DNA of 64,000 nt from Ophelia neglecta. Lineage: Eukaryota. Numbering within the stretch: position 1 is the stretch's first letter; each line of letters begins with the position of its first letter. Both the position numbers and the translations under genes were made by a program. The stretch spans positions 41,168,001 through 41,232,000 of the forward strand of contig OZ260661.1 of NCBI GenBank assembly GCA_965285935.1, given 5' to 3'. A model generated the notes under the pieces. It made no database searches. It was given only the letters and a program-made list of their open reading frames with translations, and was not told where the DNA came from. Shown here piece after piece: positions 45,401 to 57,218 of the stretch.

Positions 45401-45929
45401 GGTATTATATTCATGATCGAAGGTGTATGCATAAGACCCACATGGCATATAGCCAGGATGTCTAAACACGTATACCTGAATGACTCACTACCAAATTTAT
45501 AGTAGGCCTATCGGCTGCCTTAAAATACCTTGTGAAGGAGGAACCCCCAACTAATGACGTCATTAGCTCCACCGTGGATCTAACTGCAAAGCTATGACCA
45601 GCAAACCTATTGATTGGGCTAATATACACACAAGGAAAGCCACTAATGGCTAGGACAAGGATGTCAGCAGATATTTAGCTGGTGTAATACTTGATGATGT
45701 GTCGTCTACCACAAGCCAGATTTAGTGTATATTAACGCAAGAAGGCAATATACAAAATAAAACGACATCGAATTTTGCCACTGATAGATCGATAGAGGCT
45801 ACATATACATTTAATAGAGCTGGTTAGTAAACTGATCACTGAAATTCTTTTTTTTTGCGTGGAAAAATTCTTTAAACTGTGCCGGAAAGTCCCTTGTTTT
45901 GGTTTATTTGAAAGAAAGTCCGTGTAAAC

Positions 45930-46881
45930 ATGGGATTTTATTTGTCCAAGCTTCTGGAGTCATTTTATTCCGGAGGTGAGCCGGCCAGAATTTTGATGCT
46001 AGGATTAGACGCAGCAGGGAAGACAACCATTCTGTACAAGGTTAAGTTGAACGAGACGGTCACGTCCATACCGACCATCGGCTTTAACGTGGAGACAGTC
46101 ACACCGTGTAAGGGACTGACATTTACCGTCTGGGACATCGGGGGACAAGGCAAAATCAGACAACTGTGGAAACGATATTACGAGGGGACTAAAGGTAAAA
46201 ATTATATCGCCGCTATACGTGATCTTTATATAGACCTAATTTATTAGTCTTTTAATCAGGCATCGATCTTCATTGACCATTTGTTATACTATATAGGCAG
46301 TTTTCATGTTTAGAAAGATTCAAACAGGTCGATTTTGCAAGCCAGCAACATATATGTTTAGGTCTATTTACAATCAAATCTTGTTTAGATTATCTTTTTA
46401 TTAATTATATCAAAACTCATTAATGCAAAGTGACTGAGTTTTGTATAATGCCAATAATATCTACTGTGGTTGAATGGTGACTAAAGACAAGCCTGCTAAG
46501 AACTATAATAATATTGTTTTTGGTGTGCTTTATATGTTGTATATAAGGGGTAAGTTTATTCTAATCGCCTTTTTTGCCGTCATAGGTCTCCTGTATGTCG
46601 TTGACAGCACAGATACGGAAAGACTGTCGGAAACAAAGGAAGAACTCTTCGCAATTCTAGACAGTGAGGAGATGAGAGGAGTGCCTGCCTTGATAATCGC
46701 CAACAAACAGGACTTACCCAATGCTTTGAGCCCCGCTAAGTTGATAGACAGGTTAAACTTGAGAAATGTCGTTGGGCATAAATGGCATATACAGGGGTCT
46801 TGTGCAACCACTGGAGAAGGGGTGTTTGAATCGATGGAGTATCTCGCGAGAATGGTTAAAGAATTCAATCGGGAACACTAA
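45930..46881 (+). CDS. ADP-ribosylation factor family small GTPase, copy 6 (duplicate of copy 4, 186 aa)
   Basis: Exons 45930-46194 and 46586-46881. Differs from copy 4 at NVVG vs NIVG and FNREH vs FDREH. Confidence 0.93.
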
Positions 46882-48281
46882 CAAATTATGTAAAGAGACT
46901 GCAAGACGAAGGAAGAAACAGGAAGTTCATGCTTCTGGAGTCGGCAATACTCTGGTTAAATTGTTCTCTCAAGACTGCTTTGAACTTTGAAGGCAAAAGG
47001 TCATCCACTTGTATCTTATATGGACACGGATCTCTGCGATGATAAAGTCTCAGGACGGAGGGCATGACGCTGGAACGTCATGCAGATTTGAAACAAGGGT
47101 ATTGACCCCCTTCAAACGCACTTCCTCTTCTTTTACAGGTCTCAAAGAGACTATGACAAAACCCCATACTGGTGTCAAAATGCAAGTTTGTAGTGGTAGG
47201 CCTATATTAAAATATATATATATATATATATTATGATTTATTTTTCTTTTGATCTTTAAAGCCGATTAGAATCTGTCCATTTTCTAGGATATTCCATGCA
47301 TTTGAAATGAGATATATTGTGAAATTCATATTATAGGTAAATATATAAAGAGCCTTTTGTATACAGTTTGTTTTTACTTATGCGTTTTGTTATATTTTGC
47401 GTATCGTCAATAGAAGCTGCGTCAAGTTGTTTCCGGTTTCCTGTTCGACATTCATAACTTATTAGGGACAAGTGCCTGATACCCTATTCATTATTCGTTA
47501 TTTTATAGGGATCAAATTACGTCCTGTATCTTTATTCGATATTTGTTACTTATAAGGATCATTTTACTTCCCATTTTTACCTAATCGAAATTCCTTATCT
47601 ATTCGAATAAACAGAAAAAGGGGGTGGATTCCAGGCAAAATTATTAGGCAAGAATATTCCATTAAATCGACCCGAAACCTTTAGGAACCACCAGCCACAG
47701 GCCCACACCTATTCCATTACTCAATATTATAATTGATACATGCACAGCCGAAAGGCGTGTTAGTGCCTACTAAATAATCTAAATTATATCAGTCCCCAGC
47801 TCCCAAGCTTAAATAAACTAGCAATGCAAAAATAAATTTGATAACGCTTGCAATGAGACGTAATCAACAGTTTTCCGTGCTGCGAGACTAAGAACAAAAC
47901 AAACGAAGCGTTGGTCAACCTAGGACTGGGATAAAATTTGCCCTAGGAGAGACTAGAGTTGTCTTAGCTCTCTCAAACTTTAGGGACTTAATCTGAATTT
48001 CCCAATATACACAAGGCAATAAAAGGATATTACATTACCCTGATAGTGCATGAGATGTTAACATTGTAAAATGAACCGGCCACACTTTTGTTGTGACTGA
48101 ACCCATAAATCTGTACGATGTTATATCAGTATGAATTCGAAGCAGATGCACATGTCCAATTTGTACGTACACACGAACAGTCCACAAGAGAGTCATCGTA
48201 CGTATATTGAATCTGTTCAAACAGGATGGAAGCTTACACTATTTCTTTATTCGACATTAATCACTTATCAAATTAAACCAA

Positions 48282-48501
48282 TGTTTCCCTATTTGATATT
48301 TTTTATAATTACTCGAGTCAAATTTCTTCATGTTTTCCTATGCGATTGCTTACAGATTGGGTTCATATTAGTGTCTGTTTCCCTACTAATATTCTATAGT
48401 TATCCGAGTCTTATTGGTGTCTGTTTCCCTATCAGATATTCCTTACTTATTCGACCCATATTAGTGCTTCAGCAAAAGAAAGAAATGTCGTAGGGAAACA
48501 G
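48282..48501. repeat. Degenerate ~46-bp tandem repeat (4 units) followed by an inverted copy of its core
   Basis: TGTTTCCCTA-like core at ~48282, 48331, 48376 and 48422; reverse complement GTAGGGAAACAG at 48490-48501. Confidence 0.5.
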
Positions 48502-51500
48502 GAACCTGCTTCATTGCCACAAACTTTAAACTTCCACCTTTCAACTTTTTTTTCAACAGCTACTGTTATTAGGAAACAAGATTTTCTCTCCAAATATGAC
48601 CAACACAATTCTGTTTTTCTTTTAAAACACATAAGGGCTTCTCTTGGCACGAAAGATTCGAACAACGTACAGAAGGCCTCACACCCTTTCTTGACGGAGA
48701 GGGTGTGAGATCAGGCCTCTCAAGGCACAAACGGGAGTCCGAGAGAAACCAGTCTGAACACAGTCGGTCTGGAGGTGGTGGACGAGGGCCCAGCCCTTTA
48801 GGCACATACCCCCTTAGGTTAACAGCTGATCCAGGTTGAGAAGGGTTCAATCGTATTTAAACAGTTAAATGACAGGAAAGGTTATAGCAAACCGGGATGG
48901 CCTGTCAGTATATGAATATGGTCATATATAACCCTCACTCACTCCGCAATCACGAAGAGACATTGTACATGCGGACACTGGAAGTTTTTGAGACTTTCTT
49001 TCGACCAGTAACACAGGCACAGTAGGCAGTACCGTTGAAGGAGGGGATCAGGTGGGTGGGTAGGGTTGGTAGCGGTCGTGGCGTGGCCTATTGGCAAGGG
49101 GCGGGGACAAGTAAAGACAATTGAATGGATGTATCATAAATTTATATTGTTTTGAGCATGATGTGACTTTTATAGGCCACTATGCTAATCAAATGGAAAC
49201 AGCGCTCGGGAGAAATGCTGAAAAATTTATCTGTTGGTTTTATAACGAGGACTCATATTATGAAGGTCATAAAATATCGCCCCACAAACACATGGTATTA
49301 AATCAATCTTATATTTGAGAATAATAACCCGCGCGAACATATAGTGTGCAGTAAATATATATTGTTATATCTTGATTATCAACAATTCATCATATTTCTA
49401 TTTTTATATTTGATATGGTCTCTTCATAGGACACTACTTAATGAAACGAATGCGCTCGACTTTCAATAAAGGCCATAAGATATAACATTAATTATTATGA
49501 GAACGTACGTGTAAAGATGATGCTAGGTCCATTTATTTTATATTTATAAAGCGCGTCGGGAAACCCGAGATTATGGCAAAATGGGATGGTGCATAGATTG
49601 TAGGTTATATTGGGTAATATTCGTGTCTTTTATGGTTTAAGACATGGGTATATCGGCAGCTTTCGGAAATTGCGGCTGCACTATGAGTAGTGCCCCAAGT
49701 GAGTAGTATGCCGATTAGGCATGTTTAAACAAAGAGCGTCACTTCAAAGAGATAATTTGCTGAGAAAAATGCCACATAACCTACCATGATTTTTGTTGTC
49801 ATGTGGACATATGATGCATATTTTTTATAGGTATGCCGCAAATTGTCTGAATCGTTAACGATGCACGAAATTTATAAGAATGTTATAGGCCTAATGGCCA
49901 CCACTGGGACATTAAGTAGTGGGTTATAATCTTCAAGGAGCCGGGCGAATGAGAGTAGTACACACTGCCAAAGCGCACGCAGTTAAAAGAACAGTTGCTC
50001 TGAACTAAACAGCTAGCAATTATTTCATTGTGTTATATTTACAATCTAACATTCAGTGGAGGTAGGAGGGCATCACTTGCTACCTCTACCCCAGGCCGCA
50101 CTACTTATTTCCCATCCCATATTAAAACAAAACTTTTGGATATACTTCTCACTAAAGCTGTTGGGAAAGGCGGTACGTCTCCCTTTTCAGAGATAAGAAG
50201 ATCCGGATTCCTCAGCGATTTCACAATAATTCCATACTACTCATGAAATGTACTGCCTTCAAGGCTCTTGATGCAATGAACAAACACTTTCCAGTCTCGG
50301 AAAGAATGAGTTATTTAAGCATACTTAATAAACCAGTAAATATAACCTGCAGAATTTAAAAAAATCCCGTCATAAAATCCCAATGGTCGAAGGATGAGCT
50401 GGAGATATATATTAAACGTATCTCTGATTAACACAATCTAGTTTTGAAATAGGGAACAAATTGGCCTACAAAAATATTAAATTTGGATTAGTCCAATAAG
50501 TACCTATATTGTTAGTGAGAAACTGTCACATGCACCGAATAGTCAGTCCTATTTACATTGTATACAAAAGTCGATCAAGGCAGCAGTATTCATACAATAG
50601 ACTGATGTTTTTAAGTGTGCATTTATAATATCAAATCCAATCTTTTCCCATGTTCATCATATTTTGGTCTTAACGATGCTGCCGTTTTTATTTCACTTCC
50701 CAGAGTAAAGATTCTACATGTATTCTAGTTGGGAAAAAAGGCGGAAAAAATGTTGTGGGTTCGCCTAGCTTTGAGAATTCTATTCAAATTAACTTATTTA
50801 TTTACATATCTTTACCCTGGGAACCCTGTCAGCACAGCTTCTATTCCCATGATACCAGCAATACACGCGCCTAAATGTACAGGAACTTACAAGAGTTGTA
50901 AAAGTAAAAGTAAAAGCAAAAGTTGGACTGATCATCCATGCTCAGCAAAATAGGCATAGGACAACATAAAAGTTTTATATTGATTCCTACAGCAAATGAT
51001 TGAAATTATATTTAAAATAAAATTTACATTTCACAAAATACACATGTCCGAATTATGAAAATTGATACATCATAAACCTAAAGTAGGCGGAATGAAAATC
51101 GGTGTGATAATCAACTTATTTCTCTGGATTTTTGTTACTAGTCTTCAAATTGTTTCAAACAACATATGTATAAATAAACAGTAGTAGTACATGACCATTA
51201 AAGTCATTGATTATTTAGTCTAGATACTGTTTATACTATTATTATTATTCCTTAGTAGCTATGGACATTTTAAATAGTATGAACAGTATTGGGTTTTCCG
51301 GTATTCTTTTAAATTGTTGGTCTGTGCCTAGAGCCAGGGATAGGCGCAATATAAATCCTTGTTTTATCATTATTATGATTATTATTAATTGTTAAATCGG
51401 CGAAACAATCTTTATGCACTAAATGTGGGCAACGCAAGCCGGGCAGTAAAAAGATAAAGGATTAAAATCCAAGCTGTGCACACCGATTGCAGGAAAAAAG

Positions 51501-52100
51501 GACGAAAATTAATTACAATGGGATTTACTTCTCTTCACTTTTTTCCGGGCATTAGACCCACGAAGGAACGTGGCCCTTATAGTCACACTTGTTTTGTTTT
51601 AATTAAAGTTATATTTCTACAATTGTTTTTTATGGTATATTGTTTCAGATAAATATACAAAATACGACATCCGATGGGTTGGGTTGATATATATTCAAGG
51701 TTACTGGCTAATATATATATATATATATAATAGGGGAGGTTGTATTCTGAGAAATTTCAAAATTATTCCTGCATTACAAATTAAAGTTGGCTCTTGGCCT
51801 TGTCCAAATTAAAAATTAAAGTAGGCGTGTCTAGGGGGTAATACATAGTATTGTATATACATAATTAAAAAAAAAAAATGTACAAGTCCATGGTCCCTGT
51901 ACCTTTCATAATTAACTTTAATCTTAAAAATTATCACGCAATAGGCCAACAAGAACAACTTCGGATAACATGTATGGGAGGAGTGACCACGGTGATAGGA
52001 GGGATGGAAGTCTCTTCCCAATGGGCCACTGAGAAACCGACTAGTAATTAAATTGTAACTAACCGGAGTATATTTTCGGCATTAATTTGGTATCTGGTTT

Positions 52101-52276
52101 AGTGGTGGATCCAGGATTTCTGGAAGGGGGGGGGGGCCCAAATTCTCCAAGGTTGACAAGGCCAATGTCTGAATTGTCCCCGTTACCAACCCTCGGAAAC
52201 CACCTTGCGTGGGTCCAGAAATAGGCCCTGGTCCGGGCCCACTTTGGGGCGCCCCCCCCCCCTAAATCCGCCACTG
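52101..52276 (-). mobile_element. MITE, family copy B (inverted relative to 27931-28104)
   Basis: Ends AGTGGTGGAT / ATCCGCCACTG, flanked by tggttt on both sides. Internal CCACCTTGCGTGGGTCCAGAAATAGGCCCTGGTCC is the reverse complement of copy A. Confidence 0.85.
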
Positions 52277-53258
52277 TGGTTTATATTTTGCACATTTTTA
52301 TTTCTCATAATACAGACAAAAATATACGAAGACATTGATCTTTGCACTACATTAGATGTCGTAACCTAATATAATTGATTGGTTTATGCGAGTTTTCCGG
52401 TTGTCCACCTCTCCAGTTTTTCGTGTGTACGGCACATAAAGGCCTACCCAGCCGTCCTTTTGCCCGTTCATCTTCAGCATCGGCTTTACCAGCGCAATAA
52501 GTAGTACTGCTGAATCATTGTGCAGATTTGCGTTTACTTTTCCACAGATGTCGCTCTTAAAAGGGAAGTGCGAACTAAATTATAAGATATCATGTTCAAA
52601 TTTCATATGGGAGTTGAACATGACCAAAAGCCGTTTGGGACCGTGTTGGGCTGCCACAGCCGGACTTCCGAAAAGGGTGAATTTACAGGCGTTAGTTAAC
52701 AGAAGAGCTATGTGGGACATCATTTTTAATTGACGAGAAGATAAAAATGTCATATGAACGTGGCTGTGGTTGCATTTGGAATGGTCTGACAATAAGATGG
52801 CCGCCAAAACACCGTCTGATTTCAGTCAAATCTGTCTCCGTTAGTTAAGGAGTAATGCGCCTAATTAACTTATGAATGCCATATAAACCCGCTTGATTTG
52901 GCCATGTTCTGCCCTGCTCCGAGCAGCTGTAAGATCGATATAGCGAGTGATCTTACAAAGTAACTTGCTGTCGTTTTTGAGCAGAGTAGTCTTGTGGCAG
53001 CTAGCGTATGAATTTCAAATATATTTGTACTTCATTAAATGAGGTAGCATGAATGTGTTTTCAAAATCATTTTTTCAAAAACACTAATTTAAAATGAACA
53101 ATTTTTCAAATATTTCTAATTACCCCTCGCAAAAAGGCGGGGGTTAGGAATTGGGCCTCGATGAAGGCAGGGTTGCACGCCGCCGGTGAAGCAGCCGTGG
53201 CCCCCTCCAGAAACCATCTTGACGCTTTTAATGCACTTGGGACTGAGACATTTTGTCT

Positions 53259-53417
53259 NNNNNNNNNNNNNNNNNNNNNNNNNNNNNNNNNNNNNNNNNN
53301 NNNNNNNNNNNNNNNNNNNNNNNNNNNNNNNNNNNNNNNNNNNNNNNNNNNNNNNNNNNNNNNNNNNNNNNNNNNNNNNNNNNNNNNNNNNNNNNNNNNN
53401 NNNNNNNNNNNNNNNNN
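53259..53417. other. Assembly gap (run of N)
   Basis: Uninterrupted Ns; ORFs spanning it are artefacts. Confidence 0.99.
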
Positions 53418-53646
53418 TGTAAATCAATTTTAATCATGCTGTGTACTGATGTTTAATCTAAAGATAGAAAAGGTTTTAACAGATGTGTTAATGGCATGTT
53501 TACTATTAATGGTCAGGGATATGGACTTTTTAAAAAGAAGAGTATCGCGTGTGCATTATGGGCGGTTGGGATGGGGGGGGGGGGGGGGTACGGTTAACGG
53601 CGGGAGAGTGCAAAAAGTGGTCAGTGGAAGTTACATTGTTTTTATA

Positions 53647-53798
53647 CAGTGAAACATGCCTTAAAGACCACCTCTATATTAAAATTAGATTACCTGGCAT
53701 TTCAGACCACATATAAAAGACCATAATTATCCATAGACACTTTTAACGTCACCAGCATTAACCGATCCTTTGGTAGTCTTAATTCACAGGTTTTACTC
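53647..53798. mobile_element. Degenerate Tc1/mariner (pogo-like) MITE
   Basis: TA|CAGTGAAACATGCCTTAAAGACCAC ... GTAGTCTTAATTCACAGGTTTTACTC|TA: imperfect TIRs with TA target dinucleotides. Confidence 0.55.
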
Positions 53799-56700
53799 TA
53801 AAATCGTGGATCTGTGTTGAACGGAGGATGGGGGGGGGGGGGGGGATTTCAAATTCTCTGAGAAAGATAAAAAGTCGGGCTGGAGGTAGGGGTGGGGGAA
53901 GGAGCGGGTGGAAGCTGTAGTCACGTTATGGAGATTTTTTTTGGATTTTCTGTTCATTTTAGGCAATATCAAGCTTTATCTTTATTAGTTCATATTTATA
54001 TTTTTAACTTAGTCTGAATTGGACTGTTCTAAAGACATGTATATTATTCCTTTCTTTAGCTGGGGGGCTGGCGTCTCTATAAGCCTTGTTTTCTATGGTG
54101 TTCTTTATTGTAAGTAGAGATGATTATCTATTTGAGTAGTGTGTCACTGCGTCCTGCGGCTGTTTACCATAAACACATTCCAGGTCGCCAGATCCGGCTA
54201 GGCGTTCACCTGCTCAATCTTCCATCTCGACATCAACAACCTGACATGTGGTGATGTCCTTATTATTAGTTCTCCTCCTGCCTTCTTATTCTTGGCTGCT
54301 CATTCTGACATGATAGTAATTACATGTGCTTTGCATACATTCCTGGGACTAGGTTACTGTCAATTGTACCCAAGTGTCCATGGACAACTATTTATATTAC
54401 GACAAATCAATTGCATGTGGTCTTGGGGATTTCAATAAGTTGGATGCAAATAGCTGAATACGCCGAACCCGGGACGCTGGCTCTGAGTCTTGATTAGAGA
54501 AAGATGAATTCATTTAATGAAGGCGAACCTGGGAATAAGACATCATGCAGATTATCAACTGACAAACAACCTAAGAATGCTGCACTCTGACGTGTCCTAG
54601 CCTGGAAAATGTGAACAAAGTCAGGCTCAATAACTATTCTGATATGAGTCGATTATTTTTCAGTGTAATCAGAAGAGCGATGGTGGTGAATCATAACATC
54701 AGCTACAGCATGTCATGGCGCTCACTTTCTTGCATGAGGGAGAAGGTTCAACATGACTTTAAAACATTATGGTAAAGGGATGTGTGGCTTACCGGATGAA
54801 GTTGATTTAAATTTGTATAGCCTTAATTATACCAGTAGCACGCTCTTTAACAGATACCACAACATTTCCAATTACATATTCGTAGTTAACGTGTTAATTT
54901 TCTAACAGTCACAACTTTGCTTTATGTGTTGGTATATCATTAAAGCGGTAGGTTGCCTTTCTAAGTGCATAGCTCATCTAGGAGCTTTAAGTTCAAATTT
55001 CGATTGGTTAAATATGTGCCGTATGCGGTGATTTTCATAACTGGAAATATAGCCTGGGGACTATACCATTGTGGAATGCTGTCTGTTCTAATCTAGCTTT
55101 ATTTAGCTTGTCGCCCATTGTAATTAAAGTACATGCATATATTAAGGCGATAGAAGTTAACTTCTCCCCAAAAGAGAGACATCAACTGGTTTGCGTGTCT
55201 GATAAATGAATATTTTTGTTAAATTATTCAGTAATTGTTCCAGACGACTCTGTCCTCTCTATTCATGGGGATTCTTATCTAACCTCCTCCAACCAACCCA
55301 TGGCGGCCTAATAATAGGTTTGACCGCATTTGGTAAGTTTTAACGAATATTAAGATGTGTCAACGACTGATGCCCTAGGGAAATTTATGATGTCCTCTGT
55401 CATCTTGGTGTAGGCCTAGTCGTAATTCGAAAATAAAGACACCATAGGCGAATTTTGGTAAAGGCAAGTCGGGATGCTGGTATAATCAAAAGGCCCGGGG
55501 CTTTTAAGATACTGCTCACTGTTATTGTTTTAACAGCTTTACGTTTTGGGGTTGCCCCCATGTCAGACGTTTAGTATCATCAAGGTGAGCCAAGGTTACC
55601 TGTTGATGGTTTCTCAGGCTAGTTGTATATCAATGATGTAATGTCTTGACGCTATAAGAATACCATACAAAAATCAACCTTCTTCCTAATTGACATTATG
55701 TGTTCAAGTGCCCTGCGATGATGTCGTATTCAAACAATTATAATATACCTGTTGGAGAGCTGATTGAAAAAAGTGCGACTACTGTGATTTTCTGTCACAT
55801 CTTCCCCTTTGATCGTGAGATTCGGTTGGTTCTCATGAACTTTCGGCGCCTACAATCTCATAATTTAGTGATTTATCGCTTGCATGGAAATACATCATAA
55901 TAGCCCAACAATAGAGTCCCCAATGAAAATTGAAAGTCGATACATTAACTTGTCCAAATTAGAATGAACAAGCCAGTGTTGAGACCTAGATCGACCATTT
56001 TACTAACATATTCATATAATGGCCCGTAACAAATGCTGCATAATGGACATTGCTGATTGTAATTGAATTAAAATTTCCCAGAGCACACCTTCAAAGGATA
56101 TCTCCAACAAGCCGGGTGATTGCCCAGTTAGAATCCCCATCCATCAAAAATGTTGGCGCCAAAGGGGCAGATATATGGTAGCTCGAACCGCCCATTCCTT
56201 TAAGCCTTGTGTAACCAATTCGCTCTTTTCGTCTATTGTTTCACTCGTATCCCAGCGCGCCAAGCTTTTGTAGGTTTGTGTGTCTTTACATTTTAAAGGG
56301 AAAAGTGAAATTAATAAACCGAATGGAAAAGGAACCCGACACCATATTGTTTTTAAGGTTGCTATTAATTACTGACAATAAAATGTGTTTTTCATGGCTG
56401 TGGGAAAATATACACCAGTAACTTCTTTCTCACGAGTTAAAATGACAAGTTTTTCAATCAAAAGGGAAGGCTCTTGAAAAGTTGAAAGGTTATGACTACC
56501 TGCAGATGGATGTCAACATCGCGCTAAAAGACGAAAATGAAAAGTGTCGTACCGAGGGACTTCGAAAAGAGAGAAATGGAGAGAGAAAGTTATCTTTAAT
56601 TTCTTCTTTAGCTTAACAAACTAGCATCAACGATTGAAACTGTCAACAAATGGCACCGGTTGTAATCCCGCACTTGATAAAAGCCATAGAACATATCGTC

Positions 56701-57218
56701 TGCTACCAGATGCCTGTCGTCTGCTCCTGGAAAATGTCTTCTGCCCACGACAAAACCCTGTGCCATTAGCCGTCTGGTCTTAGATAACGCAGGTATCAAT
56801 TGCATCGCTTGATTTTGTGGGTCACTGATCAAAGGTTGCGTACACATAGCTACCCATAATTTTCGAATATTATGACTAGTAAAATGAAGATTTTCATGCC
56901 TGGAGCACGACCCCGGTTTACTGTCCATCATTGGCGGAGATGGTTGGTGTCACTGGAGAAGGCGCCGCCTCTTTCCGGAAGAGTCAATGTATATGTTGGC
57001 ACAACAACACGTGGGGATACCAGCCAGCGTAGTTTGCCTTGATGCACCTCGCCTAGACAAGAATAATCCTGAAATCTGTCACGGTGGCAATTGCGACTTA
57101 ATCTAAGATACATATATGTAGAGAAGAATGGATCTACATTGACAGTGATCTTTCTATTTAGCCGCGACTCTATTTGGTCCTTGGTTGCTGTAATTCGGAT
57201 ATTAAACAATCAAAGGCG

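Larger units (their letters stand above)
33770..47702 (+). repeat. ~7-kb direct tandem segmental duplication (units 33770-40733 and 40739-47702), each carrying two ARF genes
   Basis: Near-identical colinear sequence including introns and intergenic DNA. Both units start GAAACGTTAAGTAAGATCGAC and end GGAACCACCAGCCACAGGC; 5-nt spacer AAACG at 40734-40738. Confidence 0.96.

Noticed and set aside
48780-48940. Telomerase RNA or RNase P RNA candidate (TAACCTAA / TAACCCT and TTCAGACT words)
   Set aside because: No full template repeat, pseudoknot, H/ACA or CR-I motif could be identified.
53116-53456. ORFs containing X runs
   Set aside because: Artefacts of the N gap.
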